Below are positions 21,000-33,216 of a DNA stretch of 52,157 bases, piece after piece (the stretch's first letter is position 1; the number at the start of each line of letters is the position of its first letter). The notes below the pieces were generated by a model that was given only the letters and a program-made list of their open reading frames with translations, ran no database searches and was not told the origin of the DNA. The stretch lies in contig NC_057718.1 in the NCBI RefSeq assembly GCF_004010195.1, forward strand, positions 56,180,603 to 56,232,759, given 5' to 3'. The DNA comes from Chiloscyllium plagiosum (taxonomy: Eukaryota). The position numbers and the translations under genes are program-made.

Positions 21000-22650
21000 G
21001 ACATAGTTCAAAGTTAGGAAGATGTATGTCTTGGTGGGATGTAGGCACATGGTGGTGATCCCATGTATCTGCTGTTCTTGTCCTTCCAGGTAGTACAGGT
21101 CACAGGTTTGGAAGATGCAGTCTAAGGAGCTTTGGTGCATTGTAGTGGTCCATCTTGTAGATGGTACACACTGCTGCTAATGTGTGTCAATAATGGATTA
21201 AGTAGGTTGCTTTTCTCTGAAGGGTGAGTACCTGAGTATTGTCAGAACTGCACGGCATGAGTCTCTCAAAACAAGGATGATATCTGCGTGGCTTCCTGAT
21301 TTATGTGTCCTCAGATTCCTGAGCCACACAACCCTAGAGTCATAAGTCTGTGGTCAAAGAGGAATAGGATTCTCAAGCCAGTGTTCTGTTCGATCTCTTT
21401 CTGTTTTATTGCTTCTTGAGAGTAGAGGTTATGTAGTCTACTTCTGACTGTGTTGTGGCTTATTGTTAAGGGCCCACAACATGGCCTTGTTTGGAATAAA
21501 TTCTTCATGCACATGATTTCAAAGAGATATTCAGAGTGTTCTTAAAAATACTTTCTCTGTGATCTTGAGATTGGGTGCCATCCTTGAGTTGTGAGAAGGG
21601 GATCTGTTTTGGAAGCTGATATTTGGCCTGTGAGCAAAGTAACTAGACAATGAAGGTAACTTAAAGAAATCATGTTTGCAATGCTGGAAGAACTGGCTTT
21701 GGTGAGGATTCTTCTATGTTTGCCTGAAGATTGCTGGGAATGCTTCAGCCTTACCTTTTGCATTTATATGTTGTGCTCTTCTATCATTGAGGATGGGAAT
21801 ACTTGTGGAACCTCCTCCAATGAGTTGCTGAATCAAAACTGGATGTGGCAGGATTGCAGAGCTTAGACCTAATCTATTAATTGTGGGATCACTTAGATCA
21901 GATTCCCTACGTTGTTAGATTAGATTCCCTACAGTGTGGAAATAGGCCATTTGGCCCAACAAGTTCATACCTACCCTCCGAAGAGTAACCCACCCAGACC
22001 CATTTCCCTCTGACTAATGCACCTAACACTATGGGCAATTTAGCATGGCCAATTCACCTGAGGAAACCGGAGCACCTGGAAGAAACCCAAGCAGACACAG
22101 GGAGAACGTGCAAACTCCACATAGACAGTTGCCTGAGGCTGGAATTGAACCCGGGTCCCTGGCACTGTGAGGTTGCAGTGCTAACCACTGAGCCACGGTG
22201 CTTCCCCCCCCCCATCCCCCAATCACCATGCCACCACCACCATCGTGCCCGGTCACTGTGCCGCTCTGTCTTTAGCTGTTTATGCTGTTTGGCATGCAAG
22301 TAGTCCTGTTTGGTAGCTTCACCAGGTTGACCCCTCATTTTCAGTTATGCCTGGTGGTGCTCCAGGCATGCACTCCTGCATTCTGAACTGAACCAGGGTT
22401 GATACTTTGGCTCGATGATAATGGTTGAATGGGAGATATGCCAGACTCTGAGGTTGCAGATTGTGCTGGAGTGCAATTCTGCTGCTGTTGATGGCCCACA
22501 GCGCCTCATGGATGTCCAGTCTTGAGTTGCTAGATCAGTTTAAAGTCTATCTCATGTAGCACGGTCATAGTGCCACAAAACACAATGAAGGTTATGCTCA
22601 CTCAATGTGAAGGTGGAACTTCATCTCTATAAGGACTGTACAGTAGTCTG
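21000..22650 (-). mobile_element. Fragments of a CR1/L2-group LINE (including an APE endonuclease region), split by a SINE
   Basis: The minus strand at 22270-22640 carries degraded endonuclease-type text (GGTGAAGCTACCAAACAGGACTACTTGCATGC, GAGGCGCTGTGGGCCATCAACAGCAGCAGAATTG). The same family appears in + orientation at 43660-44700. Confidence 0.55.
21892..22202 (-). mobile_element. HE1-like V-SINE with an internal deletion and a duplicated tail
   Basis: Reverse-complement A and B boxes and V-domain. The tail TTAGAT(C/T)AGATTCCCTAC occurs twice (21892-21931). Confidence 0.9.
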
Positions 22651-23289
22651 AATGGTGTCCAAGCCTTGCATATGTGAATATGGACTCCTCCGTTATCCAT
22701 GGAGTCATGAATGCTTGCAGTTATGGATATCTATGTTAACCAAGTTCACACACAGCTATTCCTGGAATTACAGCTCCTATGGAGATCTTCAAGGGCAATG
22801 GAAGTACTTATGTGTGTGTTGGAGTTTGCCAATGACCAGAAACTATAAGCAGACTTTTCCTGATAAGTGCATGTGGTTGTCTTGTTATAGGAGGTTAACC
22901 ATATATCAGGCAGTTGGAGGAACAAAATGTGTACAATCAAAATTATTTATTAGGTTATTACAGTTTTGATTTGCATTTTGGTATTGCAGACATAAATAGT
23001 TGTAATTTCAAAGTTACAAGTTATTTTTCACTTACATTTCAGTTTAAACCACTAATTATGGAAATGCCTATCTCAAAATGTTAAACTGAGATTGAATGTG
23101 CTGACCCGTGCCTAGCACACCTGTGAATCTCAGAACTATACTCCCATTTCCTACCCCATCAAGGGACTACATACCCCACCATCTCAGGAATATGGTTGCC
23201 AACTCTGTATTGAGATGATATCCCCTCCCTGCCATCTCAAGAATGTATCCTTTCCTTGTGTGTCTCAGGGATTACACCTGAATACCTCC

Positions 23290-24050
23290 CCCAACTCTGC
23301 GTGTTTCTAATCACACCCTAAACACCATCTTCTTTAGCCCACTTCTGTCAGGACTAGACACTCCCTCTGCTACATACCACCCCATCCCCTCCCCTATCAT
23401 TCCACTTTCATCTCGTGACTACACAATTCTTCCCCCCCCCAATTCTTCCCTCTTCTTCACTGCACAGACCCTCCTCTACACACTCTCAGCTCAGTGTATT
23501 CACCTACCCCGTCCCTGTCACAGGAGTACATAAACTGTCCCCACTCCCATATCCCCCTACACACAGACACGCCCACACGCATGTAGGCACATGTGCACAC
23601 ACAAGTGCTGGAAGGGAAATTAAGAAAATCGGGTGAGGAGGAGCTTTGAGAGGGGCAGGAGAGCGGGGTAAAAAAGGGAGTGTGAAAAGACGGGGTGAGG
23701 CTGAGGAGACAAGAGAAGGTGGGAAGGAGAGGAGTGCTGAGGACAAACAGATTGGTTGGAAGAAGATTGGAGGAGAAAGATTGGAGGAGAGGGGGAGTGG
23801 AGGAGCTTGGAGAAGGGATGGACCAAAGGGGTTAAATAGGAAAGGGCTAGAATATAGTTGGGAGGAGGGGAGAAGAGAAAAGGAATAGAGGTAAGTAGGA
23901 GGTGAGAGAGGTGGGTAGGGGAAGAGAGTAGAGGGGGAAAGGTGAGAATGGAGTGGGATTGGGTGGAGGGGACCTACAGGGGAGCTAAAGGGCGATCAGG
24001 AGAAGAGGAACAGGTCAGGGCGGGGAAATGGCCCACAAAGAAGAGAGGAC
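23290..24050. repeat. Low-complexity tract: C/T-rich half followed by G/A-rich half
   Basis: 23290-23600 is pyrimidine/C-rich and 23610-24050 is strongly purine-rich with many GGG/GAGG runs. Confidence 0.75.
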
Positions 24051-24277
24051 TATGCCACTATATAACCTAATAACAATTTCTATAGGACATTGTGCTAGTT
24101 AGTGCTAATTCTGATAACAAATGTAACTAATATCAACAACACTCTAATGATCACGGGACTTGAGAAAATGCCTGAAACTGTGTGCTGTTTATCTAAGGTG
24201 TTTCTTCTTTGTCATTTACAGGCTGTAGGATTGCATTGGTGCTTTTCTTTCTAGCTTCATTTCTTGTCAGATGATTC

Positions 24278-24895
24278 CAAGCATTGAGTATAGGTGTTGA
24301 GAGGTCATGTTGCAGCTGTACAGGACATTGTTTATGCCACTTTTGGAATATTGTGTGCAATTCTGATCTCCCTCCTATAGGAAGGATGTTGTGAAACTTG
24401 AAAGAGTTCAGAAAAAAATTACAATGATGTTGCCAGGGTTGGAGGATTTGAGCTATAGAGAGATGCCGAATAGACTGGGCTGTTTTCCCTGGAGCATCAA
24501 AGGCTGAGAGGTGACCTTATAGAGGTTTATAAAATCATGAGGGGCATGGCTAGGGTAAATAGACAAGGTCTTTTCCCTGTGGTGGAGGAGTCCAGAACTA
24601 GAGGGCATAGGCTTTGGGTGAAAGGGGAAAGATTGAAAAGGGACCTAAGAGGCAACTTTTTCATGCAGAGGGTGGTGCGTTTATGGAATGAGCTGCCAGA
24701 GGAAGTGATGCAGGCTGATACAACTACAACATTTAAAACGCACCTGAGTGGGTATATGATTAGGAAGGGTTTAGAAGGATGTGGACCAAGTGCTGGCAAA
24801 TGGGACTAGATTAGGTTGGGATATCTGGTCAGCATGGACAAGTTGGACTGAAGGGTCTGTTTCTGAGCTGTACATTTCTATGACTCTATGACTCT
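24278..24895 (+). mobile_element. CR1/HER1-like LINE 3' end
   Basis: ORF 24537-24809 (ESRTRGHRLWVKGERLKRDLRGNFFMQRVVRLWNELPEE) and a (CTATGACT)n tail. Confidence 0.92.
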
Positions 24896-25026
24896 TAAGT
24901 TATTTCAGTGGAACAGCTTTGACCATATTAAAGGCATATAAATGTTTGCAGTTTATGTGGTTTGAGCATTATGATTTCATTTCAGGGTCACTGATTTCAA
25001 TAAACCTTTTTTAGCTGTCAAGTGAT

Positions 25027-25190
25027 GAGTGAATGAATGTTTTAGAATGCAGCCCATCACAAATAAGCACAATATAATGCTGTTGAGCACAGAATGTTGT
25101 CAAAAATTTATGGTCAGGTTTCCTATAGGACATTAGTGAATCAGATGCATTTTTACAACAATTGACGATAGCTGTTATGGTCACTTTCAC
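25027..25190 (-). mobile_element. Degenerate SINE family B fragment
   Basis: TTTCCTATAGGACATTAGTGAATCAGATGCATTTTTACAACAATT matches the reverse complement of the family B core. Confidence 0.5.
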
Positions 25191-26075
25191 TGAGCCTGAC
25201 ATTGTATTACAGACAATTTTTTGAGTTACTGTTTTTCCCTTGTTCATTCCTGCAGTATCATATAATAGATCACTCTGATGCCATATTTGTATTGGTAGGA
25301 CAAAAGCGAAATACTGCAGATAAGAGAGAACTGGAATATAAACAGAAAGCACTGGAAATATTCATAAGTCAGGTAGCATTTGTACAGCTTCTAAAGCCTG
25401 TCTGTCGTTTGGTAAAATGTTGAGTCATGATGTCTTTAATTCTCAATTTCTCTTTTGACCTTGTCAGACTCCCATGAGACTGTCTAACAAGTGACCTGAT
25501 CAGACAATAGCTATAAAACAATAAAGCTTTGCTGTTACAGTTAAGATATAATCTGAACTCCTTCCACTGTTATCAATTCCTGCTATTCTTTGCCTATTGT
25601 TAATTTAAGGAACTTAATATTTGAAAAAAAATCTTTCCTTAGTGTGGATAACAATTGCTTATGAATATGATTCATATAGCTGCAAATGAACAAATGTTAA
25701 GCTATATTTACCTTACTGCAAAACATTACCCTGGTAACAGAGCTGTTGATTAGTAGCTGTTGATTGTTATTAAACTGTATGCCTCACTACTTAGGATTAT
25801 TAAACACTGAGAAGCTGAATCACTGTTTTGATTTATTTGCTATATTTGCCACCCCCACATTTCTATTTATGTTTCTCATGTTTTGGTTGTACAATGGATT
25901 GGGAAGGGGAGATGCAAGCCTGGCAATGAAGGAGGTCTGCTATCAAATAGCCCTAAATTGAAGTCGCAAAATTTTCTTCCCCATTAGGTATTATACTGTC
26001 ATTCATCCTCCAACACCTGACTACATTATGTCGTGGCAGAGACGCAGGTGAGGGAAATCAGCTAATTTTTCTGAT

Positions 26076-26429
26076 TTTGTTTTATTCATTCACAAGAGGA
26101 GGGCGTTGCTGGCTAGGTTAGCATTTATTGTCTGTTCCTAATTGTGCAGAAGGCAGTTAAGAGTTAACCACATTGCTGTGGGGCTGGAGTCACATGTAAG
26201 CCAGACTAGGTAAGTTTCCTTCCCTAAAAGACAGTAGTGATACAGATGGGTTTTTCCAACAATTAATAATGGATTCATTGTCATTATTAGGACTCTTAAT
26301 TCCAGATTTTTTTTATTGACTTCAAAGTTCACCACCTGCCATGGCAGGATTCGAACTCAGATCCCCAGACATTATTTGGGTTTCTGGGTTAACAGTGCAG
26401 CAATAAAACCACTAGACCATCACCTCCCC
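26076..26429 (-). mobile_element. SINE family B
   Basis: Reverse complement of the 3892-4230 element, from the tail TTTATTCATTCA to the head CCATCACCTCCCC. Confidence 0.88.
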
Positions 26430-26453
26430 AACAGCAACAGGATTGTTACATTA

Positions 26454-27341
26454 GTATTAGGATTGTGCTAGGATGGTGGGACTCAGAAATTATGGAAGGA
26501 TGAGTAACATTTCTTGGGAGAGAAGGAGACACCCTAATTTTGGGAACCTCCTTTTGTGCACTCATACCCCAAGAAGATCTCCTGAAATCTCATTCGGTTT
26601 TATGTATATATTTTCTCAAAACATATTCTTCGTTGCATTTGGCTTTTTAAGTAGTTTCAAAGAAATTCCTAAACTATAAGAAATGCTTATTACCTAAGAC
26701 AGTGAGGTACACAAAGGTCTATACCATCACAAATGCTAGCAGTCACTTGAAATGAAGCAGTTCACTGTAGCATGACAGGATTTACCCTCATTGGTGTACT
26801 CCTACTGTCAAGGGGTTAACAACTTGCAGCTATAACTGAGTCCAACCCAGGAATATGGGCAGAATCATGTGTGAAGTCAGCAAACCCATGAGACAAAGAC
26901 CACCGGACCCACTTCCAGACTGCCTAGTCTAAAATAAGACATGTTGCTGTAATTTGGATGGTATCCAAGAGGAAAACAATTTAATGCAAGTTCATTGGTT
27001 CCCTCGATTGCACTCCCAAGGTAAGATTCTTGTTGTTTCTACAGTAGTCTATTGACCTACCTGTGCTCCTATATTATATTCCTTTTTGTAAGTCACTGTC
27101 TTAGGTAATAAGCATTTCTTATTGTTTAGGAATTTCTTTGAAACCACTTAAAAAGCCAAATGCAACCAAGAATATGTTTTGAGAAAACATATACATGTAA
27201 TTGAATGAGATTTCAGGAGATCTTCTTGTAGTAGGAGTGCAAAAAATTAGGTTGCCAAAGTTAGGTTGTCTCCTCTCCTGAGAAATGCTATGTGTCTTTC
27301 CATAATTTCTGAGTCCCACCATCCTAGCACAGTCCTAGTAC
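26454..27341. mobile_element. Foldback/MITE-like element with about 260-bp inverted arms
   Basis: 26454-26717 and 27081-27341 are reverse complements (about 88% by manual alignment, one 3-bp gap). The mirror ORFs 26473-26679 (+) and 27119-27322 (-) reflect this. TA dinucleotides at 26455-26456 and 27339-27340. Confidence 0.85.
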
Positions 27342-28302
27342 CCCTGCTACCTGTATCTCCTATAGGTAAATATTTGTGGATATCTACCTATCCACAAATT
27401 GGATAGAAAGATACCTGGATCAGATCTATGCCACCACCCACCATGGCCTTGTAAAATTACCCTTTGTGATGATGGTAGACATCTGACTTGCTGGACTATA
27501 ACCCTTGAATATTGAAAACTTTCAACTGTTTAAAAACAATAATCCAATCTTTAGATAAGTTCTTAAATTTTATTTTTGAATTGTGTAACAAATCATAACA
27601 CTTTTAACAATAAAATCTTCAATTCCACAATTATTACCTTATCCATTTTTTGCATATATAGTTTCCATTATCTCCTATTGCATGTATGTTACAACATCAC
27701 ACAAATAACTATTACAGGTATTGTCCTATACAGACATATTAGCTTTTATTTAATATCTATCCTATTATCCATGAAATAATTAAACAGTATTGGCGTCCTT
27801 CCTCCGAAGCTTAGAAGCTTAGCTCCGAAGATAGAAAATATAAATAGCTTTCTTTTGTATTTCAGTATTAATTGCATAACATAAAAAAAAGCAAGAAAGC
27901 AGAAACATTTTACTGATTGCTAGGGAGGTGATAAATCAATGATGTACAATATCAAGTGAGAAACCAGAAGAACCTTCAGAGCTTTTGTCCATGCCATTTT
28001 ATTGCAACTACCTAATGATAAAGTGTTTCTATGTTTGTCATTGAATGGACAGCAGTGGATATGGTACAGATATGAATGAAACAATTTCAATTCAGTTCAA
28101 AGATCGAGTTTTAGAGAATTCACAGCTTTAATAAGGAAACACTTTGTTCTCTTCTGTCTCTCATATTTCAGCTGCACTTGATTCCTACCATCGGAGAGCA
28201 GTTTGAAGTAGATGCATGACAAATTATAAGCCAATGATGCAATTCAGACCCAGCATTGTTTTGATTGAGGCCTGTTGATGATTGATGTCACACAAAGTTG
28301 AC

Positions 28303-28521
28303 TGAAATAACTCCACAGATACCAGTATTCCATCACCAAGTCACCCTTTCTTTACACATGAACAGTCCTGGTCTTTAGTATTTCTCTTCAGAGTCAGCTA
28401 TCAGAGCGGCAATATCTCTGACAATCCTGTTTATATCTGTCAGCTAGGACTCCCTGATTGGACCAGATTAACAGCCCCGATCAGGGAACTCTTAATCAGG
28501 CTGACCTTATTACACTATACG
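28303..28521 (-). repeat. 3' LTR of the Gypsy element
   Basis: Aligns with 29854-30088 (TGAAATAACTCCACAGA..CACCAAGTCACCCTTT..CCCTGATTGG..ATCAGGGAACTC..GGCTGACCT) and abuts the PPT. Confidence 0.88.
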
Positions 28522-29853
28522 TCCCTCCCCCTCAGAGACCGATAACATAGACTGGCCCTTTTACTTGGAGAGCCCCCTGCTGTGTTTTAGCATCAGGCCA
28601 AATCCTTCTAACTTATCGTCTGCTATGTTTGGCATGTAATGCATCAGAGCTTGCCTCTTGCACCAGGAGCACCTCAGTAGAATTTCATTCCCCTCTTCTG
28701 GCAGCAAAGGTGACAAGGTAGCTATATCTGTCATTTCTATCTTCGATTCTGAGGACTCATGGACGCTTGACAGAGAGGGTGAACCCATGGGTTCTGGCAG
28801 CCTTTCTGATTGTCTTGAGGGGCAGCTTTCATTTGGTCTGCGTGCTTGTTCAGGATCGTCATACCTAACCAAATTTTATACGCCTTTGGTCCTGACCTCA
28901 CATCAACCATGCCTCTTAACCATGTGGTGCCATGTCCATGATTCTTACACCAAACTTCGCCCCCTGTATCAATCCATCTCTCTCACTTGACAGAGGCTTG
29001 AGTCTGGCATTGGTATTCCTGATGGTGTTTCACCCTCTCCCCCCCCACCAGATCTGGGAAGTTCAAATTTAACCTGGTTCAGAGTCTTTTCTCCGTTAGT
29101 AACACTGCCGATGCTATCCCTGTAGTTGCATATGGGGTAGTCCTATAATCAAATAAGAACTATGATAGCTTGGTATTTAGCAAGGCTGTAGGCTGTTTCT
29201 TCAAGCCTGCCTTTGTAGTTTAAACTGCTCTTTCTGCCAGTCCATTGGATGATGGATAGTATGGCACTGTCCTTATATGTCAAATCCCATTTGAGTTTAG
29301 GAAATACCCAAATTCCCTGCTGGTAAACAATGGCCCGTTATCTGTGACTAATACCTCCTGGACTCTGTGATAAGATGTGTGCGGTTTTTCTATCATTGTC
29401 CCCGTGTTTGAAAAATGGACCCTATACACATTCAGCCACCTGAGTGGCATCTACAATGATTAAGAACATTGAACCTGTGAAAAGACCTGCATAGGCAATA
29501 TGCAACTGAGTCCAAGGTTTACCTGGCCATTCCCATATTGGGGAGCTGGTGGTGGTAACTTTTGTCCTTGTTGGCACTCTGGGCACTACCCACCAACATA
29601 GCTATGTCTGCATTCAGGTCTGGCCAAAAGTCTAAATGTCTTGCCAACATCTTCAGTTTGGAAATCCCTGGATGACCCTGGTAGATTTCAGCCAGTATTT
29701 TGTGGGACCTTTGCTCGGGAAAAAATAACGCATTCTCTCCACATTCTGGACCTAGTCCTCGATGGCAAGGTTGAACGAGTCAAGCTTATCCTAATGCATA
29801 GACGACTGTTGCGAATAAATTTCTTCAGGATCGTTCCTTACTCTTGTTGCCAC

Positions 29854-30088
29854 TGAAATAACTCCACAGAAGCAGGTATCTTGTCACCAAGTCACCCTTT
29901 ATTTACACATGCACAGTCCTTGACTTCAGTACTGCCTACGTTTGAGTCTGCTGACAGGGTGACAGTATTTCTGACATTCCCATCTGATCCATTAGCCAAG
30001 GTTCCCTGATTGGATCAGGTTAACAGCAGCAATCAGGGAACTCAAATTCTATGAGGTCCACCTGGCTGACCTCATTACAATCACTATT
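29854..30088 (-). repeat. 5' LTR of the Gypsy element
   Basis: Ends ..TTTCA on the minus strand, one base before the TGG of the PBS. Confidence 0.88.
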
Positions 30089-31066
30089 TTACCCACTGTC
30101 TCCATTGATAGAAAGTTTGCATATAAAGCCTGCTAGAATGTTAGAGAATTTCTGTTGCCGGATCAATAATTGTCCTGTTCATGAATGACTCCTGGGATAT
30201 GGCACTTACGTGCAGTTCAGCAGAGTTTAGTTATCATTGCAACCTTTCTTAGAAAGAGAGGGCTGGTTTGCTTGTAAGGAAGATGATAAAATATGTTGAA
30301 ATAGAATTAACTAGGTAGAGTGAGGTAGGATGGACTTAGGATGCTCACAGACTGTACTTCAGCTCAGTGCTGCCTAACTTAGTGGTTGGGCACAGTGAGA
30401 TCTTGGAGATAGTTGGCAGGCGAAAGACACCAGCTACCACGAAGTAATCCTGGCTTGAACCGGCCCAGGATTTATTGTGTTTGTGTTACATTCCCAATAG
30501 TAGTCCAAGAAGCATATATGTGGCATAACCTGGGCAGGATAGGTGAGAACAATCTCAGATTCACCTATAACTTGCTATCTATAATCACACTCGTATCTCA
30601 CTCTACCTAGTCTAGTTTATAGCCATTACAGTAGTGTTTGACATAATATTCTAAAATTAGAATAGCATTTTTAACAAACCATTTCTATTTAATAAACCAG
30701 TTCCATGTGGAGGTAGCGGGGATATGAGTATTGTGATTAATTTGCTGGAAAGGTAATCCAGATACCTGCGTTAATAATGAAGAGCTTGTGCATTCAAATT
30801 CAAAGAGAACATATAGATGGTTGATCAGAGATCAGCATGACTGGTGTCTCTGCATAGAGCAACCAACCCCTCCCTTCAGACTGCTGCATTCATAAATTCA
30901 ATGGAACTTCTGTTAAATTACTCTTAAGCACTACTTACGTACAACAATTCAGTGGCATCAGTCCAAGGGGTACAGATTTGATGGACAACTGGCTTAACCT
31001 GTTAAATCTAGCCAGATTGTATTAAGTATTATTGAGTTCTACTCTCGTGGAAAATTTGCTCCCTTA

Positions 31067-31600
31067 GAGTCATAGAGTCATAGAGAGGCAAGCATAGAAA
31101 CAGACCCTTCGGTTCAACTCGTCCATGCTGACCAAATATCCTACCCTAATCTAGTCAAAATTAGAACTTCAACTTTTAGATCCAGTCTATCCTTTTCCAT
31201 CAGTATTTTAAAACTAATTCAATTAATGATTGCTGGCCCCAAAGTGCTCCCCCACTGACACCTCAGTCACCTGCCCTGCCATATTTTCCAAGAGTAGGTC
31301 AAGTTTTGTACCTCAGGCAAAAGGAAGTACTGCAGATGCTGGAGATTAGAGTCAAGATTAGAGTAGTGCTGGAAAGGCACAGCAGGTCAGGCAGCATTCG
31401 AGGAGCAGGAAAATCAATGTTTCAGGTCAAAAGCCCTTCATCATCCCTGGGTTCCCCCACCCCACCAATCTTACTAGTTTAAATCCTCCTGAGCAGCTCT
31501 AGCAAATCTCACTGCCAGTATATTAGACCCCTTCCAATTCAGGTGCAATCCATCCTTCTTGTACAGGCTACTTCGACCCCAGAAAAGATTCCATTGATTT
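31067..31600 (-). mobile_element. CR1 fragments: 3' tail, ORF2 start and ORF1 esterase C-terminus
   Basis: Tail (CATAGAGT)n at 31067-31085. The minus ORF 31474-31728 ends WNLFWGRSSLYKKDGLHLNWKGSNILAVRFARAAQEDLN*, with the DGLHL SGNH-type esterase motif of CR1 ORF1. Confidence 0.75.
31317..31448 (-). mobile_element. Penelope-like terminal fragment with a decayed hammerhead
   Basis: The minus strand reads ATGATGA-AGGGCTTTTGACCT-GAAA-CATTG (31414-31444), followed by the GCTGCCTGACCTGCTG..CCAGCATCTGCAGT tail. Confidence 0.6.
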
Positions 31601-32615
31601 TTTTCTTCTGTATTATTAACTGCTTTCATAAACCCCAACACCTCATCACTTCCATCCTGAACTCCAACAAAGGAAAGGGAATTCCTTCTCTTTGTCTCTG
31701 GAGGCAAGCCATTTGCTGAGAGATGCAAATTCTAAGTAGAACTTAGACTTCCTAATTATCTTGCAATTATTCTTCAATTTTTGCTTCATATTTGTGCCAT
31801 TCATTTCTTCAGCCTTGTACTCTCAACAGAATCAAGCAGGCATCATACTAAAGTCTCAATACTGCATATCTCAATATCTGATGTCTGAATTGATGAGTCA
31901 GCAGTGATTAATTATCGGAAAATGAAATCAACTCAATGGAGCTTATTTTAATTTTTCTCTCCTACCTCGTACTTCTTTAAAGGCAACATGCCACATGAAA
32001 TACACAAGAATGTTTAAGGCTTCATGTAGCTGCAGTTTCCACAAGATCTTTGTTGTTCCTTTTACTAAAAAACCAACAAAAAGACATTGCAGTCTTCTCA
32101 TCAAACGAAGATGCCCTCTCTTTAATATTGAATTAAACTAAAAATCAAAAGGAAAATCATAAAATCGAATATATCTCTCCTTTTACTGTAATCTCAAGCG
32201 CAGTCATTGTACCATTAAATTGATAGGCATGTCAAGGTAGAGGTAAACAGGTAAGATTTTTGAAAAGTATTTTATATAATATTTTTAGCTGAATTAATAT
32301 TGTTCCAGACATTAAAGAATTCTCAAATTATGAAATAAATGCATTTGAATCAATATTTGTTTATGGTTGAAAAATTAGCAACTTATGAATTTTACAAAAT
32401 ATTTTGACGTTTAAGATCTTGTTTCTTGATTTAGGAGACTGTGTAATTCATATGTCTGCTTGTATCCTTGGCCATCTATTGCTATCTATGCCTTTTCTCA
32501 CCTGTATCCTCTGGTCCCCAGTTCTAATAGTGCATTTAACACTGTCTTGAAGTTAACTGGTAGTTAAGACCACTATTGTCTGTACCTCAACCTTCTTTTC
32601 TCACAGTTAACACTA

Positions 32616-33216
32616 GAATTATAGAGTCATAGAGATGTGTAGCACAGAAACAAACCCTTCAATCCAAATTGTCCATGCTGACCAGAAATGCTAAACTAAT
32701 CTAGTCCCATTTGCCAGCACTTGGCCCATATCCCTCTGAATCCTTCCATTCATATACCCATCCAGATTCCTTTTAAATATCATAATTGTACCAATCTCTG
32801 CCACTTCCTCTGGCAGCTCATTCCATACACGCACCACCCTTTGTGTGAAATAGTTGCCCCTTAGGTCCCTTTTAAATCTTTCCCCTCTCACCCTAAACCT
32901 ATGCCCTCTAGTTCTGGACTAACCCACCCCAGGGAAATTTACCCTATCCTTACCCCTCATGATTTTATAAACCTTCAGTCACCCCTCAGCCTCCAATGTT
33001 CTAGGGAAAACAGCTCCAGCCTATTCAGCCTCTCCATATAGCTCAAACCCTCCAACCCTGGCAACATCCTTGTAAATCTTTTCTGAAACCTTTCAAATTT
33101 CACAACATCCTTCCTGTAGGAGCGAGATCAGAATTGCACATAATATTCCAAAAGTAGTCTAACTAATGTCCTGTACAGCTACAATATGACCTCCCAACTC
33201 CTATACTCGATGCACT
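32616..33216 (-). mobile_element. CR1/HER1-like LINE 3' end
   Basis: ORF 32691-32891 (RGERFKRDLRGNYFTQRVVRVWNELPEE) and a TAGAGTCATAGAG tail. Confidence 0.92.

Larger units (their letters stand above)
28303..30088 (-). mobile_element. Internally deleted Ty3/Gypsy LTR retrotransposon (Mag-like)
   Basis: Direct LTRs at ~28303-28521 and ~29854-30088. PBS-like TGGCAACAAGAG (29841-29852, -). PPT GAGGGGGAGGGA (28522-28533, -). Gag start KLDSFNLAIED*VQNVERMRYFF, then integrase GHPGISKLKMLAR..CPECQ..WEWPGKPWTQLHI..TDNGPLFTS..PYYPSSNGLAERAV..YRTTP. Confidence 0.9.

Noticed and set aside
23646..23888. Gly/Glu/Arg-rich ORF and Pro/Ser-rich antisense ORFs
   Set aside because: These are by-products of the purine-rich low-complexity tract.
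25257..25371. Possible exon (CCTGCAG acceptor, CAG|GTAGCA donor) in ORF 25202-25423
   Set aside because: The interior (AAATACTGCAGAT..CAGAAAGCACTGGAAATATTC) resembles the Penelope-like terminal repeat seen at 31317 and 36500, so it is likely a repeat remnant.
26473..27322. Two similar 67-68 aa ORFs suggesting a duplicated small gene
   Set aside because: They are the two arms of an inverted repeat. Many differences are non-synonymous, and there is no recognisable domain.
28172..28220. Acceptor-like site followed by short frames (ALDSYHRRAV*)
   Set aside because: It has a good pyrimidine tract but no convincing donor or recognisable peptide, and such sites occur by chance.
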